NCBI GenBank assembly: GCA_001179505.1
Contig: CDMY01000069.1
Coordinates: forward strand, 132,908 to 196,907
DNA: 64,000 bases
Origin: Vitrella brassicaformis CCMP3155
Lineage: Eukaryota > Protista > Chromerida
Direction of reading: 5' to 3'
Below are positions 12,801-24,601 of this stretch, one piece after another. The notes under the pieces were generated by a model. It saw only the letters and a list, made by a program, of their open reading frames with translations, was not told where the DNA came from and made no database searches. Both the position numbers and the translations under genes were made by a program. How positions within the stretch are numbered: position 1 is the first letter of the stretch; every line of letters begins with the position of its first letter.

Positions 12801-15346
12801 ATGGGGCGGCTCAGTGGTGCCGTGGAGGAGGCGAAGAAGGAGGGCAAGGATGTGGTCAAGAAGGTGTCAGGTGTGCCGCGGAAGCAAGGACGTACGTATA
12901 TGCAGCACACACATGCCCGGGAGGGGGAGGGGGGAATGGGTGCGCTGTGGATGGATGGAATCTCTCCTGTGTGTATCTGTTTCAGGCGCCCTTGGTGAAG
13001 GACGCGGGTGTTCGCCTCTTGGCGGGAGCTGGAGCAGCCATTCATCGAGTTCATCGCAAACATGGGCGGACGGCCTCAGTGATCGGAGGCCATTGATACC
13101 AAGCACTGCTGCTGCTGAGGCCGCACCGGCCTCACGTCGTTGCACTGCTGTTGAGGCCGCACCGACCGTCCGTCGCACCCCTTTTTGGGTGCCTGCCCCT
13201 CCCCGCCCTCGGCTGCCACAGCGAAGAGAGGCCACGGAAGCACCGGCAGCCCAGCCGTCTGCCGATGGTGCGCAGGTGCAGGCCAGAGCTGCATCTGCAT
13301 GTGCGGCCCCCCTGACGCTCGAGGGAGCTGTGCTGCCCGTCGCTTCACCCACCAGGCGGCATGAGCCTCCACCAACTATTCCCGCTGTCGAGGAGGTCAA
13401 GGAGGTCAAGGAGCCCAAGGAGGCCAAGACGACTCCTGTGGCTGACGTGCAGCTCATAGCGGACCTATCCGTGATCTCTGTAGAGGACGTAGAGGTGGCC
13501 TCTGTCATGTCTGGGGAGCCACCGTCAGCTGACAACACTCTCAAGGAGTCGCCACCACCACCACCACCACTACCACCAGCAGACGAGGAGGAGGAGAAGA
13601 AGCCTGTCGTGAAGGCGCCCTCACTCACTCCCACGCCCCCAGCCGCCCAGGAGGCCACTGCGGCCGAGCCCAAGCCAGTGGTGCCGCCCGAGTTGCCAGA
13701 TCCGAAAGAACAGCAGCCAGCAGCGGTTGACGTTGCCGCCACTTCCTCTGCCGAGGAGAGCGGTGGCACCCAGGTGGCTAGACGAGGTAGGGACGGAGGG
13801 CAGAGGGAGAGAGCCAGCGGCTCGTCGCCGTCGACGAGCGCCGCGTCACCTGCCGACGGCGATTCCATCCCGTCGGAAGAGGATGCATCGCCGCAGCCAT
13901 CACCACAGCCATCGCCATCAAGCGGACCCCTCCTACCCCACCCCGCCACATCGACCATCGACCCCACCGTCGCCCCCTTCAGCAGCAAGGCCGTGCCGCT
14001 CGAGATGCACTCCTTCGGCAGCAGCTACTACTTCAACAACCGCACCATCAGCATAGCTGCTGAGGTGCAGGGGAGGGAGTGCATCGTCAAGTTTCGGGCA
14101 CCCAGGGCACTGCTGAGGCAGATGGGGGCACTATGCGCTGATCCGGCGGACCAGGAGGAGTTGAACGAGGCCGCACTGCGTGGCATTGAGGACGAAGGGC
14201 AGCTTCTTCATCGGCTGGAGGGGCAGCTCAAGGCGCCACCTCTCGTGTCTAAGGAGGGTTCTGGCCAGCAAGCCGCCCCTTCGTACTTGAGCTCCCTGCC
14301 CCTGATGTGGCCAACAGGCGAGGCGCTATGGGAGGCACCGGCACCGTGACGATGAGGCTCAGCGGGCCGTACTACTCTGTTGAAGTCATGAGTAAGTCGA
14401 CACTCACACCAAACACGAGGCAATGCCAAACCTCCAAATAATGTCGGTGTCTCTCTATGTGAGTGTTTGGAGAGTTCGAGGGCCACGACGCACTCAACCT
14501 CACTCAGGTCACCCTGCTACGCGCCGCTGCCAGCCACCAGGTCGCCCACAGGCTCACTTCCCACACCGCTCTGAAGCCGTTTCAACAAGATTTCGGCCAG
14601 CCGCTCAGCACCGGTCCCCTCAAGTCCGTCGCCGCCACGTCGCGCCACATCATTCACAAGGGCCTGGTCAAGGCACTTGACACCCTGCGGCACTTCGGGA
14701 GCCCCAAGATCCTCCACCCCCTCCCATCACACGCCCCAGAGGGCTACCCGAGGCCTGGCCCGTCTTCGCCCGAGCTAAGGGACTATCACGAGGAGGGCAG
14801 CATGGACGTGGGCCTGTGGACGAACCTGCCTTCCATTCATGGTGACCCCACACGGAGGCAACCTCTTGCTGGTGGGGAGCAAGGAGGCCGCCGATGTGGT
14901 GCACATCGACTATGAGACGACGAGAGAGCTGCGGCGGCACCAATTTCCCATCTTCGACGAGGAGATGTGCTCGCCGGTGCCATTCGTCCCCATCACATGT
15001 GACCTCAAGGAGTCCGCCTGTCAGGAGACAGCAGCCACAGCCAGTACACGGATATCTACGGGGTGGTGCTGACGGTCGCCATGGCGGCACTCGCGGGGCA
15101 CCCGGCATTGTCCAAGACCTTCATGGATGGGCTCGGTTCGAGTGGGACGGCAACAATGGCACGCTCTGCAGCCGACTGACCGAGTTCCGGGGGGAGCAGA
15201 AACAGGCTGCAACGGGCTGCGCCGGCAAGGACAAGAGGCTGCAGTTCCAGAAGCAGGGGCTGGCGGATGCGACCAAGGCGCACGACGACCTCATGATCGA
15301 CATCGAAGCGTACATCGACCGATACACGAAGGACAAGAGGTGCTGA
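12801..15346 (+). pseudogene. Atypical protein-kinase-like gene (HGDPHGGN...HIDYE loop, APH/RIO/ABC1-like) with long P/A/E-rich N-terminus, broken by at least 3 frameshifts
   Basis: Motifs CIVKF, IEDEGQLLHRL, IHGDP/HGGNLLLV (one extra A at 14850 splits the catalytic loop), VVHIDYE and TDIYGVVL fall in different frames. Shifts lie near 14253-14346, 14850 and 15001-15049, with no usable GT-AG intron at 14850. Confidence 0.6.
15065..15104 (+). repeat. 40-bp direct repeat, copy 1
   Basis: ggtgctgacggtcgccatggcggcactcgcggggcacccg; second copy at 15339-15378 differs at 2 positions. Confidence 0.9.
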
Positions 15347-15378
15347 CGGTCGCCATGGCGGCACTCGTGGGGCACTCG
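15339..15378 (+). repeat. 40-bp direct repeat, copy 2
   Basis: ggtgctgacggtcgccatggcggcactcgtggggcactcg. Confidence 0.9.
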
Positions 15379-15650
15379 AAGTGGAGGCGGCTTGCCTGTG
15401 CAGCCAGCAATCGCTGCTTACATTTTATATTCCGATGTCTGTGTCGTGGGTTCCCTATGTCTCCATGGCTTGGCCAGACTTCGCTGGATGGATGGACCAA
15501 ACGATGGTGTGCGTAAGTAAAGAGAGGATTGTGGACGCAGTGAGGTGGTGGAATGCATTGGTGGGTAATCAATCGTGGACGTGTGCGTTAACGTACATGT
15601 AGTACCCAGGGGTGAGTGTATGGGGTACAGGGGAGGAGTCTATTGGGAGC

Positions 15651-15934
15651 ATGATTGACGGATAAAACACAGGTAGGGTATGTAGGTAGCCAGGGGGCGC
15701 CACATGCAATCAATGCACACAATAAAACGCCCACGTCTGTCGTCCATCTGTCGTGCTAATGCATTCGTTCACTCTGGCATGCATGGATGGCATCGTACAT
15801 CAAAAAAACTGACAATTGGCAGGCGCACGCATTGGACAGCAGCAGAGAGGGAGGGAGGGAGGGAGGGAGGGGGGACACAGACAGACAGACAGACAGACAG
15901 ACGGGCGGCAGTGCACTGGATAGATCTACACACC
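15651..15934 (+). repeat. Diverged ~290-bp direct repeat, left copy (upstream of the ankyrin gene)
   Basis: Shares ordered blocks with 20116-20408: atgattgacggataaaacac, gggggcgccacatgca, cacaataaa(a)cgcccacgtctg, gtacat(c/g)aaaaaaactgac, agcagcagag-(ggga)n-(gaca)n, ctggatagatct. Confidence 0.85.
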
Positions 15935-16057
15935 ATGCCCCCGCAGAACCGAAGGGAGTGCTACCTTGGCCCCAATTACGGAGGAACACTTTGGGGAGCG
16001 CTCATAAACACACTACAGTAACCAACCAAGAGACTCCCCCCAAGGCCCCCTGCAAAA

Positions 16058-19000
16058 ATGAGCGCTCAGGAAATGATGCGTCGTGCCATGGTGAGTGTCA
16101 GCATGACAAGACGATTGCCTTCTGTCCGTCGCCTTCATGGTCGCCTTTCCATGCAGAGCCTCTACTGGGCCACCAGGGATGGCAATTTGGGGACAGTATC
16201 CCAGCTGTTGGACTCTCACGGCCCTCGAGTGCTCTGGGAGTGGCAGTTGTCCATTCGTGCACGAGAGCAAGAGGCCGAGATGAAGAAGGATTTGTTGATT
16301 CAGCACCGAGTTCAGACCCAGACGAACATCTCGAAGACTGACGCAATTATGTTTCCGGGTGCCGCTGGCGTACAACCATGGGACTACGAAACTTCGCCCG
16401 TCCTCTTAGCGGTGCAAAAAGGTCACGTCTCCATTGTCAAGCTGATGTGTGAGAAAGCAGGCGGGATCGTCCAAGAGCAGCTGAAAGGCAGAGACGAGGT
16501 GATCTTCTGACCGAACCTTACAGCGACGCTGGAACTAGCCAACACATGGATCGCATGTCCATATGGATGCATGCAGGAGGGCAACACGGGGTTTCTCCTA
16601 GCTGCCAGGCATTGGGGCGTGGACATGCTTGAGGTGCTTTACAAAACAGGAGGCCACCAGCAACTCTATAAGAACAAAGTTAGCGAAGCGTGTTATCCGG
16701 CTATATCCAAATGATCTGTCATGTGTGTTGCAGAATGGAGACACGGCGATGCATTTTGCTGCTCATCGAAATCACACACCGATGGTTAAGCGGCTGCTAG
16801 ATTGGGGAGGCGAGGAGCTGCTCCACTCTGAGAATCGGGTACACACACACCAGCCTGCTCTACGAGACTTTCGTTGACCGATTATTGTCCATGACAGAAT
16901 TGTCGTACACCATTCTATTTGGCTACCGTGCACGATCGAAAGAATGTGATACGCGTAATGACCGACAAAGCTTCGTTTCGGCAGCTTCTGGGTGAGGACC
17001 CGGTAAATAGCTTTAAAGAAGAGATCAAGCACCCATCAAAGCACTTGCTCTTTTGGGCTATATGCTTGTATACAGACACGCGGGCCACAGTCGCAGCTTC
17101 TTCATCTGGCTGTTCAGGAGGGGCGCAGCGATACCGTCAAGCGTTTGTTGGCCTTCGGGGCTACCCCCCGTGTGGTGTCGTTTCGTATGGCGGTGCGTGA
17201 GGGTTCACTTGACATAATGAATGCTCTGTACGCCAAAGGGTGCCAGACGCTGGTGACTGCACTACTAAACCAAACAGACCAGGTAAGTACTGATCAAGAA
17301 TGGAGAGAAGGAGACATTTGCTTTCGTCCTTGTAGAACGGCATGACAATCATCCATGACGTCGTCAATGGGCGAAACAATAAGTACTTCTCTGAGGCCGT
17401 TCGACAGCTGCTGGAGTGGGGAGGCAATCGAGCATTCGAATTGCTTCGCAAGCAGGCGGTACTAGGATGACTATGTGCCAGAGGCATACGGGTAGACCGT
17501 TCATTTCTTTGCACGCAGAAAGATGATGAACAAACTCCTCTCCACGGGCTTGCCAATCGAGACGACGGAGGTGTTTTGACAGAGCTGCTACTGATGAAAG
17601 ACGCTTCTCTTTCCTTGCTCACGGACTATCAAGTGAGTGTCATCAATCAGCCTCGACGGACACTCGCGGCATGTTGTTTCTCTTGTATAAGGGAAACACG
17701 CCTCTCCACACGGCAATCGGAAACAGAGGATTTCAAGCCATGAACAAGCTGTTGAACATCAAAAGTCCTGATATCCTTCAGAAAGTCCTCCTTACACAAA
17801 ACAACAAGGTAAGCAAAACAGCTGCATTCTACATTCTACCCTTTGCACGTTGCACACAGGGCGAAACAGTGCTTCATCTTGCTGTACAAAAAGCAAATTT
17901 CCAGCACGATTCCAATTCCGATCGTCTCCTGCGTCTTCTGCGCTGCGCTGAACAACAAAAACAAATCCAAAATCTCCTCTCCATCAAAGATAAGCAGGTA
18001 CGCATGATTTTACCAGTAACAAAAAGACATGCATCAACAGCGCACATGGCATTTACTTCATACAGGGGATGACGCCATGGATGGTCGCCTGCAGCCATGG
18101 ATATGACAATGTGCCTGTGGCTTTGGCAAAGTATCGTTGCTGTAGCGTCTGTGTGAACTTGCAAGCGTTTCTGACGAGAGCATGGTTGTGGTACTCTTTC
18201 GAGTCCCAAAGGCAACGCCAGAAGACCTGCTCTGCGCATGCGGCTGTTTTTTTTGGATTGTGCGGCATAGCTCTCATCATCGCAGGCAAGCACAGAACAG
18301 GCAAGGAGGCAACGTCCTCTTGTGAAAAGTGGCTTGCTTCTTCTCACTCGGTTCATTCTCAGGTCTCGTCACGGACGGATGGCGTGAGAACACCTATGAA
18401 GACACACGTAAGACAGCGGACCCATAGCTGCTCTTTACAACTTCTTCTGTCTCCTGGCAGTTCGGCCTGGATCTCAAACCCTAAAGTGCAAAAAGGCGGA
18501 ACTGTTCGGTGACTCATTGAACAAAAGCTGCATATCAATTTGAAGGGCTCACAAGGCGCTGGCGTCGATTTGATGGATAAATGATTGCAGGCCTCAAGCA
18601 CCGAGTGGAGGCTTGAAACACCAGTAAGATCCATGCATGAGACAATCGAAGAAAGGCATATGCAGTATCATATGCAGTATCTTATGCTGTCTTTGAGGCA
18701 AGCATGCGAGAAGGCCGGCATAAAGCGCGAAACCTGCGGCGACAAGTATAGTGTCGTCCTTGGGAAATATAAATCCTGCTCGTGCAGGTACCAGTCTACA
18801 ATGAATGGAAACTAGAGAAGGTCATTGCATTTGTGCGCCGAACGGAATACAGCTCGGAACTGGCGGACTTGGATCAGGGTGGAAGGATTGAAGTCTGCAA
18901 GAAAGACGTCAAACCGAAGTCCGAAAGATGTGTAAGTCGTCCAAAAATTAAAGGGTTCTCACTCCACCCGCGCGTGTGCTGGAACAGAACCAATACGAGA

Positions 19001-19683
19001 TACTTGGCACGCTACAATCCGCTGGTCTAGTCATGATCTGTCTCGCATCGATTGGCGTGGCCTTTTCGGGGATCGGCATACTCATGAGGTTCGAAATGCT
19101 GATGCAGTGCTGGAGCTTCTCATTTTGGACCTTTCTGTTCTCCCTAATTCTTCGCACTTGATCAGCTATGGTTGTGCTAGTGTCGACACGCACGTAGACA
19201 GAAGGAAGCCTCTCTGGTGGATTGGTCTTATTTGCTGGATCGTCAGTCTTCTGATGATTTCCATCGGTACGTTTGCGAAACAAACAAACAAACAAACAAC
19301 GAAACAGGGTTTCATGCCTTTATGTCATCGTATCGCAATCAGGCCTGATTGTGTGGGAGACGATGACTGCTGGAGGCACAGAAGACGACCAGCTGTCGTG
19401 CACTGCCAGACAATATCAGGATTCGAGTTACGAATGGAGTATCGAAAAGAAGGTGAGACGCATGCCGCTGCTTCCACTCCTCACTCTCCTCACTCTCCCA
19501 CTCTCCCAGGTCTGCCCCGTGGGTCATTCATTCTTCCTCGGTGAGTGAGTGAGACACGACCCTGACGGGGCACGCATTGGCTCGACATCAGTTTGCCCTT
19601 GTGTGCGTGCTCTCTGTTCAGCCCTCGTGGGCTTTCTGGCCATTGTGGTCGGCACCGTTTTTCACGCCAGCCCACCCAAATGA
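16058..19683 (+). CDS. Ankyrin-repeat protein (~9-10 repeats) fused to a C-terminal four-TM claudin/PMP22-like domain; multi-exon
   Basis: ANK exons: SLYWATRDGNLGTVSQLL, SPVLLAVQKGHVSIVKLM, GNTGFLLAARHWG, NGDTAMHFAAHRNH, GNTPLHTAIGNRG, GETVLHLAVQK, GMTPWMVACSHGY. TM segments: FFGLCGIALIIA|GLVTDGW, AGLVMICLASIGVAFSGIGILM, WWIGLICWIVSLLMISI|GLIVW, GHSFFL|ALVGFLAIVVGTVF; TGA at 19681-19683. Some internal splice sites (about 17000-17120 and 18450-18950) are unresolved. Confidence 0.75.
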
Positions 19684-20115
19684 GCAGCAGAGAAGAGGCC
19701 AAAGCAGACCACATGTATATGTGTTCGCATCCTGACAACTCAGTCATTACTGTCTGCTGCCTCACGCGTCGGCTTGGAGTGTGTGTTTGTGGTGAATATC
19801 TGAATGGTGCGTACACCCGCGCATGCACCTTTGGACTTGGAGTGAACCTTCGGACTTGGATATATATTCATGTGTTTATGTCCTGAATGTGTCTGTGCGC
19901 ACATGCACGATTGGACTTGGAGTGTGTGTACTACACATGCAATTGCAAGTGCATGAAGCGGTGCCCGACGTGCTCACTTGGACGCCAGTTGTGCGTAGTG
20001 TTTGCATGTTTCGTGTGTGTTTGTGTGCAGCAGCACGCAGCACACGCACCTGTAGGCAGATCTGCACACATGGCCGTGCGCAGGGGTGCGCAGCGTGTGC
20101 ACACACGGGAGTACA

Positions 20116-20408
20116 ATGATTGACGGATAAAACACATAGGTAGGGGGCGCCACATGCACACAATAAACGCCCACGTCTGCCATCCATATGTGACGTGCTG
20201 GCTGTTTGTCAGACGGCTATTGAACTGACACACTCACTCAGGGACTCACTCAGGCACGGATGGCGTCATGTACATGAAAAAAACTGACGACTCGTAGGCA
20301 CACACACACATTGCATAGCAGCAGAGGGGGAGGGAGAGAGGGAGGGAGGAAGGGACACACACAGACAGACAGACAGACAGCAAATCGCTGGATAGATCTC
20401 TACACACA
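20116..20408 (+). repeat. Diverged ~290-bp direct repeat, right copy (between the ankyrin gene and the TRRAP stop)
   Basis: Same block order as 15651-15934; ends about 56 bp from the TRRAP stop codon. Confidence 0.85.
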
Positions 20409-20464
20409 CAGTTTGCCCTCTAAGGTACGCAGACACAGCCAGCCAGCCTTCATTCATTGATCCT

Positions 20465-23400
20465 TCATAGCCATGGGTGCCACTTGGGCGGCTGCTGCAT
20501 CAGGTTGGCGTGCGTCGATGCCCGCCGGATGAGGTCCATCACGCGCTGGTCGATACACGCGTCATCGTCAACGCCACCCTGATCGACCAACATACACATA
20601 CACACAGAGGGAGACGTAGATATCGTTCCCAATCAGTGCCCCGCCCCCCTCTATGTGACACTGTGTGTGCGTACCGCAATTGTGTTGGGGTTGCTGCCGG
20701 TGACTGTGAGTCTGACTTGGCTGTAGATGTCGTCGACAATGCGCATGACTCTTTCGGCGAGCCCTCTGGGTGCCGGCACCGTCATGTGCTGGATAGCCTG
20801 GGCGTGGGCCTCCCTCTCCGCCTGGCTTGTGACCTCCTTGTCCAGCCCGTGTGTGGCTCCTGTGGCAGTGCTGTGCTTGCGCTGCATGTGGGTGGTGTAG
20901 AGCTGGTCCACCAGTGTCGTCAGCTGCTGGCTGCGGTGGTGCAGGCAGTAGATCCAGTAGTCGTCCCGCAGGATCAGCGCCAGGTAGCTCTTGAAGACCA
21001 CGTACGTGTCGGCGGCAAACAGGCACTCCCCCATCGAAAAGAGGACGGCCGGGAACAATCCCAGCAGGCCGTGTGGGCCCATCAAGGCCTGCACATTGCG
21101 CGTCAGCCGGAAGGGCACCCGGTCCTCGCAGTGCAGCTGAAAATTGAGGGGGCTCGCAAGTGGATGGGGGGTGTGTGTCTGGGGGTCGGCCTGGTCGGCT
21201 GCGGCTGTCTGTGTCTGTGTCTGGTTGGCGTCATCGGCAGGGAGCTGCAGGGACGGCCGTAGGTCGTACTGCTGCACCTGCCCAGTGGACCTCAGCACGT
21301 GCAGCTTGGCCGGCGTGATGCCGCCGGCTTTGAACATGTGTGCGAGGAAGGCCAGGATGCCGTACTCGATGATGAAGCGCTTGCTCAGGTGGAAGGACGC
21401 GTCGGCCGTCAGCGCCGAGCGATGCAGGTAGTCGCGCAGCAGATACTCGTCCAGGCCGATGGTGGTCCCCATCACCTCATAGACCTGCTCCATCACGCCA
21501 CGATGGGTGTCGGGGTCATCAGCTTGTGGTGCAGCAGGTGGGGCCGTTGCAGGGGCTGATGCAGCGGCAGCCGCAGCAGCAGGTGCCTCCGCCCTCCTCT
21601 TCTCGCTCTCCTCCCTCTTGGCCCGCCTCGCGTTGGCCATCAGCCGCCGCGCCAGGAGAATGGGGTACTCGGGGTCTCTCATAACCTCCACACCATCGTC
21701 CTGCTGTGGTGTTGTCGGCCGCCTGTTGGTGATGAAGTCGTCATATATCTCCTGGAAAGAGATAGCGCTGGGGTGGTCCTCGATGAGCCTCAGACGTGGG
21801 CTGATAGGCACGGTGGTGTGTATGGACAGGCAGAGGCCCCTGCGTCTTGTGTCCTTGCACTTGCTGAGCAGGGTGTTGAGCATCAGGTGCAGCTGCACCA
21901 TCCGCACTTCCCCGGCCTGCTGGTGCAGATGGCAGGTCTGCAGGATGAAGGAGTGGTAGTCCCCCCGCTGGCTGATGAGCGTCATACGCCGCACCCACAC
22001 ACCGTTGCGCAACACCAGGGGGCAGTACCGGCTCATGCGGTCCAGGTGGCCCCCCGAGGTGTGCCCCTGGAAGTGCTCGCTGTCGGCCCCGCCCCCGCTG
22101 TACATGTGGGCGAAGAGAGGCTTCCAGTAGATGCCGGGAATCTCGACGCTGCGCTTGTTGTGTGCCGGCTGGAAGTACGGCGAGAGGTCGTCGCTGACGC
22201 CGTGCCACCTCGTGAGCAGCAGCTGGCGCGTCAGGAGGTCCTTCCACTTCTTGAGCTTGCCAATGGCAATGCCCACGGGCATCTGCAGGGCGGGGCCGTC
22301 ACTCAGGAACTCGTTATCACCGTTGTTTCCCCGGGGTGGCGCTGGCGGTGGGTCGAAGAAGTCCTTGATGATGTCGTCTTTGTAGAGGGCGACTATGGCG
22401 CTGGTGATGGGCTGGCTGAGGCTGCTCCGCTGGCCCTTGTCCTTCTGCTGCCTGGCGTTGATCATGAGGCGTGAGAAAGTTTTCTGCACCTGCGCCATGA
22501 GGGTGGGGGCGGTGAGGGGCGGCTGCGAGGGGTCGCCGTCGTCGCATGGCAGGTCGTAGAACTTGGAGAGGATGTTGTCGATCACCGACAGCATCTCCTC
22601 GGCAACGTCACCTCTGAAGAATAAAAAAGTACGTGTGGTGTGTGTCAGATTGCCCTGTCTGCCTCTCCGCCTGTCTGTCTGTTTCACCTGAATACGCTCT
22701 CCACGTTCGACACAAAGTCGCTGAAGGGCTGTATGGTGCTGCCGCACTTGTTCTTGCAGTGCGTCGTGACGTCCTCCAGATACGCCAGCGACTGATGCTT
22801 CGTGCCGCCCCCGGTATCACCCCGCCCGTTGGTCCCGGCCGTGCCCGCTGCAGCTGCTGCCGAGGGTCCGTCTGGCGCCTGTGCGTATAGCTGCTTCTGC
22901 TGCAGCAGGTTGCAGATGGGCTGGAGGGGGGAGTTCTTCTTTTCAGCGACGGATGTGCGGAGCTGGCAGAAGATGGCCTGGGCGTACTGGGGCATGATGC
23001 GACACAGGATGGACTTCATGGCAGGCGCCTCGTGACGCTCCAGACCTGATGAGATGAGTCAGTGAGAGAGGGAGGGATGTGAGTGGACACGTGACCGTGT
23101 GTCGGTGTGGTGGGGGTGTGTGTGTGTGTGTGAGGTTGGGTACCCACCTGTGATGAGGTTGGGTGTGAATGGTAGCCAGAGGTGGTGGGGGATGAACTGG
23201 ACGTGCTTCTCGAAGGCGCTAGAGATGGGCGAGTGGTGCTGCTCGTCGTCGTACGTCAGCAGCCACAGCACACGCGGCATGTACAGACGCATCTTCTCCT
23301 GACTGCACACACACAGACCCATGCCATCCATCCATCCATCCAGCTCACACCCTTCCCTCCCTCCAGCACAGCAACAGCCACCACACCCCACCCGGCACGG

Positions 23401-24570
23401 CCCGCTCACCGAATGACGATGCCCATCATGTAGCAGGTGATGGCATTGATGGCATAGTTGAGGTCCCGCATGTCCCCCCGCTCGAACATGCTGTCCGCGA
23501 ACCGGCCCCACGCCAGCCACCCCTGCCCATACACGGGGTTGATCCGCATCGCCACGTTGTAGTCTTCGTCAGCATCCCGCAGCAGCACCTCCTCCGAAGG
23601 GCCCTCGTCAGGGTGCGGCTCGCTCGTCGCCGGCGGCGCGTTGGGGTCGAACTGGGCGCTGCTGGCGCGGTAGGGGCCGTTGGGGGCGCCCTTGCTGTCG
23701 TCCTTTGGGCTGTTCTGGGGGGTCGCTGCAGCGGTCTTCTCCCGGCTCTCGCGGAGCTTGTTGGCCCTGATTGATTTAATTTAGCGGGTGGGGGAGAGCA
23801 GGGCAGGGCAGGGTGTGTGTGTTGGGGAGGGGAGGGGGAGGGGGAGGGGGATTGCTGTGCTGGCTGACCACTTGAGCTGTATGTTAGCTCTGAGTTTGAA
23901 GAGCTGTGCCTTGTAGCAGTCGTACATCTCCCGCGAGAACTCGGCCTGGTCGAAGTTGAAGGAGTTGATCAAGTTGATGCCTGCCGGACACACAACACAC
24001 AACATCCAACACAGCACCAATGAATCCACCATAGTCCCGTGTGCATGCGCGTGTGTCTGCGTGTCCAGTAGGGTTTAGGGTTTAGGGTTAAGCCAAACCC
24101 TAAGCCCTAAACCCTGAACCCCAAACCCTAAACCCCAAACCCTAAACCCAATTCACCTGCTTTGAGCGAGTCGATGGTCTGGTTGAGCGACTCGCCGGGC
24201 TCGTCCATCAGGCACAGCTTGACCTTTTGCGCCTGCTAAGGCGCCCACACAACAAACAGGTATAGGTATGCACCGACCGCACCAGGGGTGTGTGTGGTGT
24301 GGATGTAGCGGCATTAAGTCAAGTCGAGTGTGTGTGGGATGCGATCGACCACCGCCCCGCACTCACCAGTCCGAGGAAGTTCTCGACGTGGAAGGCGTCT
24401 GAGTCCAGATGCGGCACCACGGGGAGCCTGTACAGCTGCCGCACAGCCACGTCAGCCTGCCGGTGGGTACTCCGGGCGATGCCGGCCAGCTTGATCATCG
24501 TCCACGGCAGATCCTGACACACCCACACACACACCCACCCACACACCCACACACACAGACACATTGATAC

Positions 24571-24601
<31 letters not shown>

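Noticed and set aside
12801-15346. Programmed ribosomal frameshifting or selenocysteine read-through in the kinase-like gene
   Set aside because: At least three separate frame changes, no slippery heptamer at 14850 and no SECIS seen; decay or assembly error is simpler.
18477-18486. Single aaaccctaaa telomere-like unit
   Set aside because: One unit inside probable coding sequence is expected by chance.
15651-20408. Autonomous LTR retrotransposon
   Set aside because: No gag, protease, RT or integrase motifs, and no PBS, PPT or target-site duplication. The repeats are too diverged and indel-rich to call LTRs; kept only as a repeat-flanked cassette.
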